Shown here one piece after another: positions 25,912 through 36,431 of a stretch of DNA of 64,000 nucleotides (positions are counted from its first letter, which is position 1; each line of letters starts with the position of its first letter). This stretch comes from Fimicolochytrium jonesii. Lineage: Eukaryota. The notes beneath the pieces are model-generated. The model worked only from the letters and a program-made list of their open reading frames with translations, searched no databases and was not told where the DNA came from. Where the stretch lies: NCBI RefSeq assembly GCF_025526975.1, contig NW_026515668.1, forward strand, positions 1,426,001-1,490,000, given 5' to 3'. A program made the position numbers and the translations under genes.

Positions 25912-28284
25912 TCACTGAAACTGTATTTGACACTTGTGCCTTTGCACATACGCAGCCATGCGTTCAGCAACATCCGCCAAGGCGGCGGCATAGTCTCGAG
26001 ACCCGGGGTACGATATCTCAGAATGTACGGTCGGCTGTCTGGTATCGCTGGCCATCACTTCCTCAGCAGGCGGGTATAATGCATCGATAGCCGTCTTGAC
26101 GTTATCGGCACCGTCGATGGACATCGCATCCGGTAGGCTATCAAACGGGCAGTCTTCGCAATAAGGAGTCGACACAACGGAAGGAGACGATGCCGCGGAA
26201 AACAGCTGCGGCGAAGGTGAGGCTAAGGGGGCCGAGGCCATGACATCGCTTCCAATGTCCATTTTCGGAACATGTTCCAATGAAAATTTCACCCCATCAT
26301 CGCTGGCAGCAGGAGAGGACGGCCATGAGCCCGCTGGAGCCCAAGATGACATGCCGGGCAGCGACGAGAATTTGAATGCACCCGGCGACAGTATCGAGGA
26401 AGCGCGGTCGTGCACGCATGTCTTCTCAGATAGCAACGCTTCAGGCAACTCCGCTCCCCACTCGATGAGAATGCGAACCACCGTCGTAAAGCCGCGCGCG
26501 AGGGCGATACGCAGAGGCAAGCCGTTGGAAGCGCAGGGATCGGCCCCGTGACGTAGTAGTAGTTGGGCAACGCACGGTCGGTTGTTTTCGCTTGCTGCTA
26601 TGAGCGCTGCAGAGAGTGTGGCACGGGGTATATCGACGGGCTTCGAGGGCTTCTCCCCTAATGGGGGCATGAAGGATCGGCGCTGGCCGAACGATGTGCT
26701 TATGGGCGAGGAAGCCGAGGGGAAGGTGTAGATGTGATTGACTCTGTCCGTCGACTCAATCCCCAACAGCATCTTCAAGACATCCTCATGACCCATCGCG
26801 GCGGTCTCCCTGACGATCGAAAGCGCCGGAGTGACCCCTCGGATAACCACCAGCTCCCGCACACATCGTTTGGCCGAAGAAAGACATGCCAACCGTAATG
26901 GCCACCGATTGTCCAGATCTGGATCGAGCCCCGATTCCAACAAAAGGCGAAGGCACGAAGCAAAGTCCCGTTGCAAGATGGTCTGCAGGATATCGTAGAT
27001 GATATACGCGTCGTGAGCGCGCAGTAGAGCCGGAGTGACGCGGTTGGAGCCCGCCGTGCTCAGAAAATTGTAGTGCGGGTTGAGCGCAGCACTCAGGAAA
27101 GCGTGCAAAGCTGATTCACTGAAATCGTGGGTGGGCAAGTTGAGTTGAGACGGATGCAGTTGGGTCATGACGGCACATCGGTGGTGTAACATCGTAGCAA
27201 CGAGGTCGAGGCCTAGTATGGACGGCTCTTCAGATTTCCCGACGTACGACCCTCTTCGCCACTGCAATGCGTGGCCGTCTCGCAGTGGTGTGCCGTTCAT
27301 GTTCCCTGGCCATTCGCTTAAAAGTTGCAGCAGACAGTAATCGATCAACAGAGATTGAGCGCTCCTCGGCTCAACCAGCTCGACGAGCGCCACCATGTCA
27401 GAAGGGGAGAGAACCGAGCCTTCGGCGGCTGCACCCGTGGCACGGCGGAACATGCCCTCCAAGTTAGCATAGGAGAAGGAAGGGTGTGTAGCGGTCTCCG
27501 GAAGACCGGAGAGATCGAATTTCAGATGGGTTTCGTGGATGTATCGGAAAAGGACGTGCGTGGTTAGTTGCTGCCGTGCGGAGATGGAGCAAGTGAGTGC
27601 CGTCAAAATGTCGTAAGGAGCGACCCGTCGGAAACTTGGAGAAGCATGGGTGGACGACGCCGTTGAAGAGCTACAGTTTCGGCCATCGTTCGATCGAGCG
27701 CAGAGAAGTAGGCGCATCGTGTCAACGTATCCCGCCGCCGCCGCGTACTGTAGTAGCGCTCGTGTCGTGGCTTGCGTACTTGTGTCCTCCGCAAGTACCG
27801 AGCCGGCGTGTATCATCATGTGTTCCTCATCAACAGTCAAAGAGGGTGACCCATCGACGTGCAAAGATTCCGTGCGTGCGTCCAGGTAAAATCCCACCGT
27901 GCGAGCGAGCAAGCCGTCATTCAGGATTTGACGCGGAAAATATCGAAGAACCTTTGCCGCTGGTCGACCGCCAATACTGCGCTGAGGAACGTCGTCGATC
28001 GAAAGATTTCCGACAATGCCGAATACTTCGGGATACACCTGCACGCACGGCAGCTTGGGAAAGTGATTTTGCAACCACCTCAGGCGCGTTGCTGTTGATT
28101 CGGATACGGCGTGCCATGTTCGAGAAGCGAGCACTAAACGGGATGGGTTCGGAACGAGACTGAAGATCTCTTCAAGAAGCTCAGGCGGCAGGGTTCCAAA
28201 GTAGTCAATGAGTGTCTGCGAGCAGGACATCGATCGTCCTTCGTCACGGGCAAGTCGCGCACGCTTGAAGATTGGAGTGTCCAT
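25912..28284 (-). CDS. F-box plus ankyrin-repeat protein
   Basis: Intronless 790 aa. F-box FGTLPPELLEEIF..V..P..LVLASRTW; ankyrin-like repeats (LLLESGLDPDLDNRWPLRLA; LLLRHGADPCASNGLPLRIALARGFTTVVRILIEWGA). Confidence 0.85.
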   Translation of the reverse strand: MDTPIFKRARLARDEGRSMSCSQTLIDYFGTLPPELLEEIFSLVPNPSRLVLASRTWHAVSESTATRLRWLQNHFPKLPCVQVYPEVFGIVGNLSIDDVPQRSIGGRPAAKVLRYFPRQILNDGLLARTVGFYLDARTESLHVDGSPSLTVDEEHMMIHAGSVLAEDTSTQATTRALLQYAAAAGYVDTMRLLLCARSNDGRNCSSSTASSTHASPSFRRVAPYDILTALTCSISARQQLTTHVLFRYIHETHLKFDLSGLPETATHPSFSYANLEGMFRRATGAAAEGSVLSPSDMVALVELVEPRSAQSLLIDYCLLQLLSEWPGNMNGTPLRDGHALQWRRGSYVGKSEEPSILGLDLVATMLHHRCAVMTQLHPSQLNLPTHDFSESALHAFLSAALNPHYNFLSTAGSNRVTPALLRAHDAYIIYDILQTILQRDFASCLRLLLESGLDPDLDNRWPLRLACLSSAKRCVRELVVIRGVTPALSIVRETAAMGHEDVLKMLLGIESTDRVNHIYTFPSASSPISTSFGQRRSFMPPLGEKPSKPVDIPRATLSAALIAASENNRPCVAQLLLRHGADPCASNGLPLRIALARGFTTVVRILIEWGAELPEALLSEKTCVHDRASSILSPGAFKFSSLPGMSSWAPAGSWPSSPAASDDGVKFSLEHVPKMDIGSDVMASAPLASPSPQLFSAASSPSVVSTPYCEDCPFDSLPDAMSIDGADNVKTAIDALYPPAEEVMASDTRQPTVHSEISYPGSRDYAAALADVAERMAAYVQRHKCQIQFQ

Positions 28285-31200
28285 CTTGAGTAGTGGAAGT
28301 TGCGATATCTCAAGGAATCACCATCCCATGCGGCTCTGAGAGACTAGGTATCGCAGGATGAACAAGAAGATATCGTCTTGTAATGGCGAAACGCAGAACG
28401 TTCTCTTCTGGGTAATGGATAGGTCACGGACAGAGGTTCACAAATTGAAGGTCTGAATTTGGGAGAAGAGAAAGGTAGATGGTTGAGAGCCATGATTATG
28501 AACGAACAAGATGCCTAATGTGAGAGACTAGGTCCCTTCACCGGTGATCAGGGGACGCCGTCCGACATCCCACCTCAGACTCTCCCAAGTTAAGGCGAGA
28601 AGGAAACTGAGCAGCCTCGTAAAATACAACTCTCTCCCCTGAATATAAGCGCCGAAAAACATACCTGTATAGAGGCTATTGGTTTCGGTTCTTGGTCGGT
28701 GACCGTTGTGGGTAGCAAGAGTGAAGGTGCTGGTACTGAGTAGCTGCGAGAGACAGTGGGAACACAAATGGACACCGTTGCCTCATGTCCCTGAGTATAT
28801 GTAAAAGCTTTGGGCTATCGATCTTCCCATCGGCAAAAGGTCTTGACTGTGCCCGCTGCTAAAGTGCTTGCTGGCCCTGATGCAGCTGTGCAAATGTGGG
28901 CGATGTGAGGCTGAAGATCGCAGTCGTAACGATCTCATCACGCGTCCCGATCGGAAGCGAATCGGGCATCCTCCGATTTGCCTGTCATCAATTGAGAATC
29001 CCTCGATATGCAGTCACATCCCTTAATTAAACGCCCTGCATCTGGGAACGCTTGGATGACGATTTGACCCAAAACCGCGGCTCTGGCGCGGAGAGGGCTG
29101 TTCGATCGACCGGATCGACCGGTTCTGGGAGGGAAACTTTGACAGCACACGCAAAAAGTGTCATTCTCCGTCTACACACTCCGCAAGCAGCACTCAAAAA
29201 GACTCGCCGATATGCTTTTCTTCTGATTGCTTGACTGAGAAATTCGTAGGAGGAGGTAATCGAGTATCCCGACTATGAAGAAGGCAACCCGGTGAATCCT
29301 GGTCAGTCAAACGCGATATACGGGCTCCTCCATGTGAGGGAGGTTCAAAGGGTGATCTGGCAACGCAATACGTCGGAAAGACTGTCAAGCTGCGTGTCCG
29401 TGCGCGACTGCCAACAGCGGCGATATGGGAGCCCCCCCACCTCTACTCCTGAGAGAAAACTTGAGTTCGCAGCAATGCCACCAAGGTCTGAAAAACCCCG
29501 AGACGTACATAGGTTTCCATCGTAATTTGGAATGATCAATCCCGCACGAGGCCGAAGCTTTACAAACGTTAGAACTGGCACCGATGTTTGCAATCATGAA
29601 TCACACAGGTTTGAAGACCATTGTCGACATCTGGATGGAAAGAGCCAGTGCGCGGAATAATGAGTGCGAGAAATTTTATTTCTCTCAGAATTATTAGCGG
29701 CAGCCCCGCCACGACGAGAGGAGCTTCCCGGGCATCAAACCTTGGAGCAAAAGTGGACGAGATGCAAAATACGCACTGCTATCCTCAAGTCCGGGTATAG
29801 TGCCCATTTCGTTGGTTTTGCATGGCTGAGTACGGAGCTAGAATGTCTTCCCCAACAGCGGCGACACCACGACCGAAGGCTTGCATGATGTATCGTTCAC
29901 AGCAACCCATGCAACTTCAGTGAACGTGGCCGGTACGAGTTTGAGCTGTAAGCGATTTCCAAGTTTCTGAAGAAACCAATAGAGGTACTGGCCCTAGACC
30001 AAAAATGGCAGTATGGGACCGATTCCAGACTGGATCTTCTATTGCTTGATGAAGGTATTTCGAATCAGTGCAAGTAGTTGGGTCATGCGATTGAACGTTT
30101 TTCCGTGTTCGTCGTTCCAAGTAATGCGGAGGGCATCGATCCAAGTAACGTAAGGAGTAAGGCATCGTCCAAATAATGCGGGAAACCGAGGTAATGAATC
30201 TGACATTTCGCAAATGAACGCGGAAAGGTGCAGGTGTGATCTCGTTTCACACACCCTTCGGTAGATCTATGAATTTCGAGAGTGCGATACACAAGTCAAA
30301 GTGCGCAAGCAACTCCACATAGTTGTTACTCCACACCACAGCTTAAATGGGTCGAAGCCTCTCCGGACTGAAATGCTTTGAACGAAAAAGATGGACGTAC
30401 TGTGTATTCCCGCTTGACATTCCGCAAGGGTTGCATGAGGTATGTACAGTATGTAACCTGAGAGATGAGAGATCTCCTGCGTCCTCTCCATTTCTCTTCA
30501 AACCCCTCCCCGCAAATTCGAAGGTCGACGACTTGAATTCTTTTTGCAAGACGGTGAAACCGACGTGAGGCTCCACAAATTAGGGCAAAACCCATGTGAT
30601 GGCAAAAACGCTCCATTGTGCTGCTCCGATAATACGTAGTGTTACGTCATGACTTGTATGTAGCCTTAGGATGAACCCAGGGATATGGCAATTTGGCAAA
30701 GCCGTGGGTTGTTTCCGAATGCTTGGTATGTGGGATTGCACACCAAACGTGGCTGGACCCTGAAAAAAGTCTTACCGTCTTGATTTTAAGCGTTCCACAG
30801 AGGTGACCATTATCAACATCACCGCTGTGTCTCCGAGGTGGAAGCACACGGCCGACGTATCCTTTTTGTGCGGCGCTAGGGCGCACCTTGCTGTCATCCT
30901 CGAACGAATCAAAAGAGCGTTTTTAGGCAGCAGTATGTTTTTTCTGGCCATCCGCACAGCGCCAGACCCTCTGTGTTATTCATAAATGTATCATCAGCAT
31001 GCCACCTGGCACCTAATACGGTCGCCGACCGACTCAGAAACACCGAAACCCTTGCTCCGGACGAGGATCACCTCGAAGAGTCATCATGCATGCGCGGCTG
31101 AATTGGGGAACACTCTCCTTTCCGGCTTCCGGCGGCTTGAAGCATGAGCAAACCCTTGTGCACTGGTCCCTATGACAAATCGGCTTGGACGTTTTGATAG

Positions 31201-32633
31201 GCAATCCTGGGGATCTTCTTCGCAATCTTTGTGCATGCTGATGGCGCCAGGGTCCATTTAAACGCCTATCGTCGCAAATCTGTGATCAGCATCCGGGTCC
31301 GTCGTCACCGGTCAAAGTCAGCCTCTGCACGCCTCTTTTTGGGGGCCGTATATATGCGCTGCATGGTTCCCGACAGAATGTTGAAAGAGTTTCCACTCTG
31401 GCGGCTCTGAGCGTCGGATTTGCCTCGGTGGAATAACTCAACAGGTGTGCAGTCTGGCATTGTGTTGGTCTATATAGCACAGCTTGAAATCGATACAGCT
31501 TCCGGCGGGTCCTGCATCTCAAGGCTTGAAATATCCCGGAACGGACACGCGGTGAAAAGCTTGAAGGATAAATATCCCGCAACCCGTCTCCGATATACCT
31601 GTGGCGCCGCTTCCGCTGCTGTGTACCGGAGTTCAACCCATCCACCGCTCCATCTTGAGACAACGAGTAACGGTCCTCGGAGGTTGCGGCAGTACCAAGC
31701 CTGCTTTCAACATTTTTCCTGCTGTACGTCATCCCGTGTAGAAACGGTAGAAACGCTCGCTGCCTGGCTTGTGGCGAGTCTGGCGACAGAGCCGATAGTG
31801 ACGATACCGGTCCGAGCACTCTTCGTAAGTCGTATATGTTTAACGGAACTTCCGCTATTTCCACTCCATTGACCACGCCGTTACCGAACACCAGGCACTG
31901 GGACAAATAATCTGTTCCAAGATTCGGTAAGATCGTGGTCCGGGTGAATACTATATACGCAGAGTGGGAGACATGACGCCATACTGAATCATTTTGCCCA
32001 TGACCATGGATTTTTTTGGCAGTGGTACCGGATATTTCGGCGCACACACTTGAAGTTATGATATCTGCATGGTTAGATTTGCTGCATATACGTAACAAAG
32101 GCAGGTACGTAATACGTGTTGGCGTCGGGCGAACACACTTGCAGGGGGGATCTGCAAGCCAGCCAGATCCAGTGTGACGACGGGCGACCAAGCACAAGGA
32201 AGGACGATGCACTACGAGGAAGGCTTTTCTTTCGGCATTCAAATGCAGCCGGTGTTTCGCCGTCTTCCCTACCATCCCCCATAAGCTCTAGTTTTTGCAC
32301 ATATATATAGCCACTGACCATCCCGCATTCGTTCTTCTCAACTCTCCGCACGGTTTATCTCCGTTACCTTCGACCACAGACGTCCCCTTCTCAATTCAAC
32401 GTCCGCAACCTCAATCGCACACCCGCACCATCAGCAGCATATTCCTTAAAGAGACGCAAGCATCAGCAATTTTCGTTGGGGCGGCAAGTTTACAAACATA
32501 CCCATAAGTTATCGCAAGATATCCGACGAGCCATATCCCGAAACAACCCGTCACTTACAGTCCAGCTACCAGCGCCGATTTTCGAGAAAGATCGAGAACG
32601 AGTTACACCCCAAAGCCAGCAAATCCACCGAAA

Positions 32634-33407
32634 ATGGCGAGCTCCGAAAACTACTACATACCGCCTGTCAGCAGTGGCAACTGGAACTCGTATTTTGACA
32701 GCGAGTCTATCTCGTCCAACTCCTCAATGTCCACCCGCTCTCCCTCACCAGTACTATCCCCAACCATGTATCCTCCATTCTTTAACGACGACGATGGAGG
32801 CTGGTCAACAGATAGCCCATCTCCACAATTCACACTGAAAAGCCTACCACGATCACGAGGCAGCAGTCGCCGTGGCTCCACGTCGCCACGTCGAAATGGA
32901 CACATACAGCGTGCCACGTTCCGATGGCAACATTCTCCGACGGCGTCTATGGTGGTGGTGACGGGCACCTTTGATTCGTGGACGCAGAGCATACAAATGA
33001 AGCGGGATCCTGAGTGCGTAGACGAGTGGATCGTTACCGTGCCACTCGACCGGCGAGCACGACAGGTCTTCAAGTTCGTGGTGGACGGAGAATGGCGGTG
33101 CTCCTGGGCATTCCCAACAACGACGGATGAATGCGGCTACGTCAACAACGTCCTCGAGCCCAACGCTGACTGGGCAAGCGAGCCGCACTGGGATGCGGAG
33201 AGGAAGAGCTCGTCCATAACACCGACGGGCGACGAGCCATGGTCGCCAACCGCGTCTAGCCAGTCCGCAACTGATATCGCCTGCCTGCCACCGGCTGTGG
33301 TGATGCAGTGGATGATGGCGGCACGTGGGGGTGAAGAGGATGATCTTGATGAGGACTGGTCCGATTTCGGGACAGCCGCCCAACGCATCCCGCGCCTGAC
33401 TATATAG
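32634..33407 (+). CDS. CBM48/AMPK-beta-type glycogen-binding domain protein (Crp1/Mdg1-like)
   Basis: TFRWQH....VVVTGTFDSWTQSIQM...FKFVVDGEWRC...TTTDECGYVNNVL; no AMPK-beta C-terminal ASC domain is visible. Confidence 0.88.
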   Translation: MASSENYYIPPVSSGNWNSYFDSESISSNSSMSTRSPSPVLSPTMYPPFFNDDDGGWSTDSPSPQFTLKSLPRSRGSSRRGSTSPRRNGHIQRATFRWQHSPTASMVVVTGTFDSWTQSIQMKRDPECVDEWIVTVPLDRRARQVFKFVVDGEWRCSWAFPTTTDECGYVNNVLEPNADWASEPHWDAERKSSSITPTGDEPWSPTASSQSATDIACLPPAVVMQWMMAARGGEEDDLDEDWSDFGTAAQRIPRLTI

Positions 33408-33685
33408 TGAAGTGTCGGACGCCCTCTGGCTTTTCGTGGTCTTCCTTGCTAGCATTGCGCTCCTCTGTCCTGGAATGCAGCGAGAATGTTGACCTAATGT
33501 ACATAGATCCGTTTCCACTACTAATCACAATACTGCAATGGATAAGCATTTTTTACTACATTGGCGTAATAGCCCACTTTGCTTCCGTTTGCAATCTGAT
33601 TTAATGGCCTTCGATACGCCAGCCCCCAAAAATAAGACGCTGTATAGACAACGGCTCCTGCGGCGTTGCCCAGTGACTTCCATTC

Positions 33686-34387
33686 TCACTCAGCTTCCTC
33701 CACTCGGGCATGCAACAGACCTTCCTCCTTCAACTTTTCCACCATCCTCTTCGCAAAAGGCATATCCTCCTCCCTCACCTCCCTTATGGTCTCCAGCTCA
33801 TCTTCCTTCCCGCTCTCTTGATCCAACACTCGCTGAAAAGACGTCACAGCCAACGCAGGCTCCCCGAACCCCATCTGCGCCCTTCCCAGCGTCTGCCACC
33901 CTACAACCCATTCCGGCAAAACCTTCACAACCTCCTCCGCTTCCTTGACGGCGCGAAACCACTCTCGCCGCGCCATGAAAGTTTGAGCGCGCATCTCACG
34001 TAGATAGGATGTTTCCAAAGGCACATTGAATTTTAGCGCCGTTTGAAGGGACTTAGAAAGAGAGTCCACAAGGCTTAGGGCTTGCGACCAACGCGAGAGC
34101 GCATCAGCATATCTTCCAGCTTCGGCGAGCGTTGACCCTTCCTTTGTGAGTTTGCGGAACTGGGTCGCGGGATCTACTAGGAGCGGGGCGCTTCCGGCAC
34201 GTGCGAGGGAGTATGTCGGGTCGTCTAGGAACGAGTTTCCGTTCTGTTCGTCGTCCGGGTCGTCGAATGCCGAGAACGGGACAGCTTCCCGACCAGTGAC
34301 CGCTGAAGCCGGCGACCGCCGCTGCCTCTTCCCGTCCGTCTTCAGTGAAAAGGCGACCGGTTGTGCGGCCCTCTTCTTCCTCTCCAT
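33686..34387 (-). CDS. TTC33: Tetratricopeptide repeat protein 33-like
   Basis: EGSTLAEAGRYADALSRW, LREMRAQ, W..GWQTLGRAQMGFGEP..A..SF and EEDMPFA match the TTC33 pattern. Confidence 0.8.
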   Translation of the reverse strand: MERKKRAAQPVAFSLKTDGKRQRRSPASAVTGREAVPFSAFDDPDDEQNGNSFLDDPTYSLARAGSAPLLVDPATQFRKLTKEGSTLAEAGRYADALSRWSQALSLVDSLSKSLQTALKFNVPLETSYLREMRAQTFMARREWFRAVKEAEEVVKVLPEWVVGWQTLGRAQMGFGEPALAVTSFQRVLDQESGKEDELETIREVREEDMPFAKRMVEKLKEEGLLHARVEEAE

Positions 34388-34674
34388 CTGCTGACCGTTG
34401 GTTGGGCAACCTGCACAGGCAAGATTCTCAACCTTTCAATTGCCTCCCAAAGCTGCCTCCCAAGACCTGCTCACTTGTGCCCAGTGCCCCGTTGAAACGC
34501 GTGCGTGCTTTGTTGCGGTGCGTTGGGTGCGTCGAGAAAGACGAGAAATACGTTGAGACCCTCGCTGGCCGACCTACGTCTTCTGGCCCTCTGTGTATAT
34601 ATGTATATGGACCTATCAGTGTAGATATCAACCGCTGCGCTGGCCATTCGGCTTTGCAACTTGCCGCTTTCGCC

Positions 34675-36162
34675 ATGCCGCCCTGTGCTGTCGTTGTTAA
34701 CGGCCTCCTTCGTTGCCCCGTTGCTCGCCGCTTTACCAACCTTCCTCGAACGGTTCTGCTACCGCTTCGATCGATTCGTCTAAAAACATCCGCAACGAAC
34801 AACCGGAAACAGACGGACGGACATCCAAAGATTGTGCCGTATCAGCTCTCGGAAGCGGAAGCCCGTGAGGCCTTCCGGAATTACCATGAAACGTGGTATG
34901 CCTCCGCAGCGACAACACTGCGGGACGTTAAGGTCGAGAAAGTCCTCATTCCATTCTGGCTGTTTGGCGCCGAGTTTCAAGTCTATCTTGACTCAGCCCG
35001 ATTGGGATTTGTTGACCGAGCAGATTTTGGTCGGCAGAACCCGCAGCAAACGCCGGCCCCGCGGAGACTTTTTTGGGAAACCAGGCAATTCAATGGAGAA
35101 CGGTGGGGACAGTTGTCTTTTGACGGATCAGAGCAGGAAGCGCAGGCCTACGCATCCACACGATACCATCGCCGGTATGTCGAGGGGATGTCCGGGCCGT
35201 CTCTGTTGAAGCAAGCGCGACCCTACAATCAGGTCAAGATTGATCCCAGCGTTCAGCGGGACGAGTTTCGCGTGCCGGCAGAGATACACCAGGCGCTTAT
35301 GATGGAGCACGTCAAAAGGAGCGCGCGGTATCAGGTGGAAGACAGTTTAAAGCGAGCTTATGGCGCCGACGAGGTCGAGGCCATCAAACTGTTCGTCAGA
35401 CATGCTCCCAGGGGTCCACCGAAGCCTGTGTGGCTATCGTCCTATGTTTTCAACGGGACCTATCGGGGCCAAAGATTCCAGACGTTTGTCAATGGGGCAA
35501 CGGGAGAAACGGGTGGCGAAGTGTTTTGGAGACCGTTGACAGCTGGTCTTGGTGCAGCAGTTGGGGCAGTCGGGGTTGCTTTGTTGGCGCCGTTTTTAGG
35601 GTTAGAGAGTTTCGCATTCCTGGCGGGGTGGAAAGCTCTACTTGCGGCGGTCCCTGGATACATGTTGGGAGTTTGGCGCGCCGGACAGAGGCCACTCAGA
35701 AACATCGGCAACGCCGAGATCGACCGGAGGGAAGAGGCGATGATGTTTAGGCAAAGAATCAGGTGGGATGACGCCGAGCCAGAGCTAGATCGTGGACCGA
35801 ACCCAGGATCTCGACCCAACCCACCGAAACCGCCGCCACCGCCCAAGCCTCGTCCGTCGCCCGGGCCCCGTGACAAACTGGGCTATTATGCTAGATTGGG
35901 AATACCGACGAATGCTAGCGCGGACGAAATCAAGGCGGCATACAGTCGACAGGCTCTGCTTATACATCCGGACAAAGTTCCACCGTTACAGAAAGCGCAA
36001 GCAACGGAAGAGTTTCACAGGCTTCAGGAAGCGGCGAACGTCTTACGAGATCGTGAGTAGATTTGTCTTTTGCATAGGAGGCCGGGCCAGAATTTGGATT
36101 CACCTAAGTCATACGATGTTGCCTTCCTAGCCAAGAAACGAAGAGAATATGATAGGAGCTGA
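34675..36162 (+). CDS. Membrane protein with C-terminal J-domain (class C DnaJ), presequence-like N-terminus
   Basis: J-domain GYYARLGI...ASADEIKAAY..QALLIHPDK; intron 36053..36130 completes LRDPKKRREYD. Two hydrophobic segments and a Pro-rich linker precede it. Likely start is ATG 34675. Confidence 0.88.
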
Positions 36163-36431
36163 TGCGGGCTCATGTGGACTTTCCTACCGCAAAGGGCTTC
36201 AACTAGGGCCGCTCTGTACAGTACACATAGAAATCGCTAGTAATACATAGAAGATTCGTCTCAGACTTTGCATCATTCTCCATTCATGCCAATCTCTTGA
36301 TCACACTCTGGCGGGTGATATATCATCGGACGGCGTCTTGGCATCAGTCTATTTCCTAGCGTTTTTGCATCATGGGGAGTGAGCAGCAACCAAAGAGCTG
36401 CGATTGATACATCGTGTTTATTAGCTAATGG

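Noticed and set aside
31286..32275. 329-aa minus-strand ORF
   Set aside because: No motif, random-like composition and no other coding signal; likely spurious.
34397..34410. RFX X-box-like gttggttgggcaac upstream of TTC33
   Set aside because: Only one good half-site, and no convincing X-boxes were found before DNAL1, LRRC9 or ARL2BP.
34345..34674. N-terminal extension of the 571-aa ORF
   Set aside because: Starts at GTG and overlaps TTC33 and the shared promoter; ATG 34675 gives a plausible presequence.
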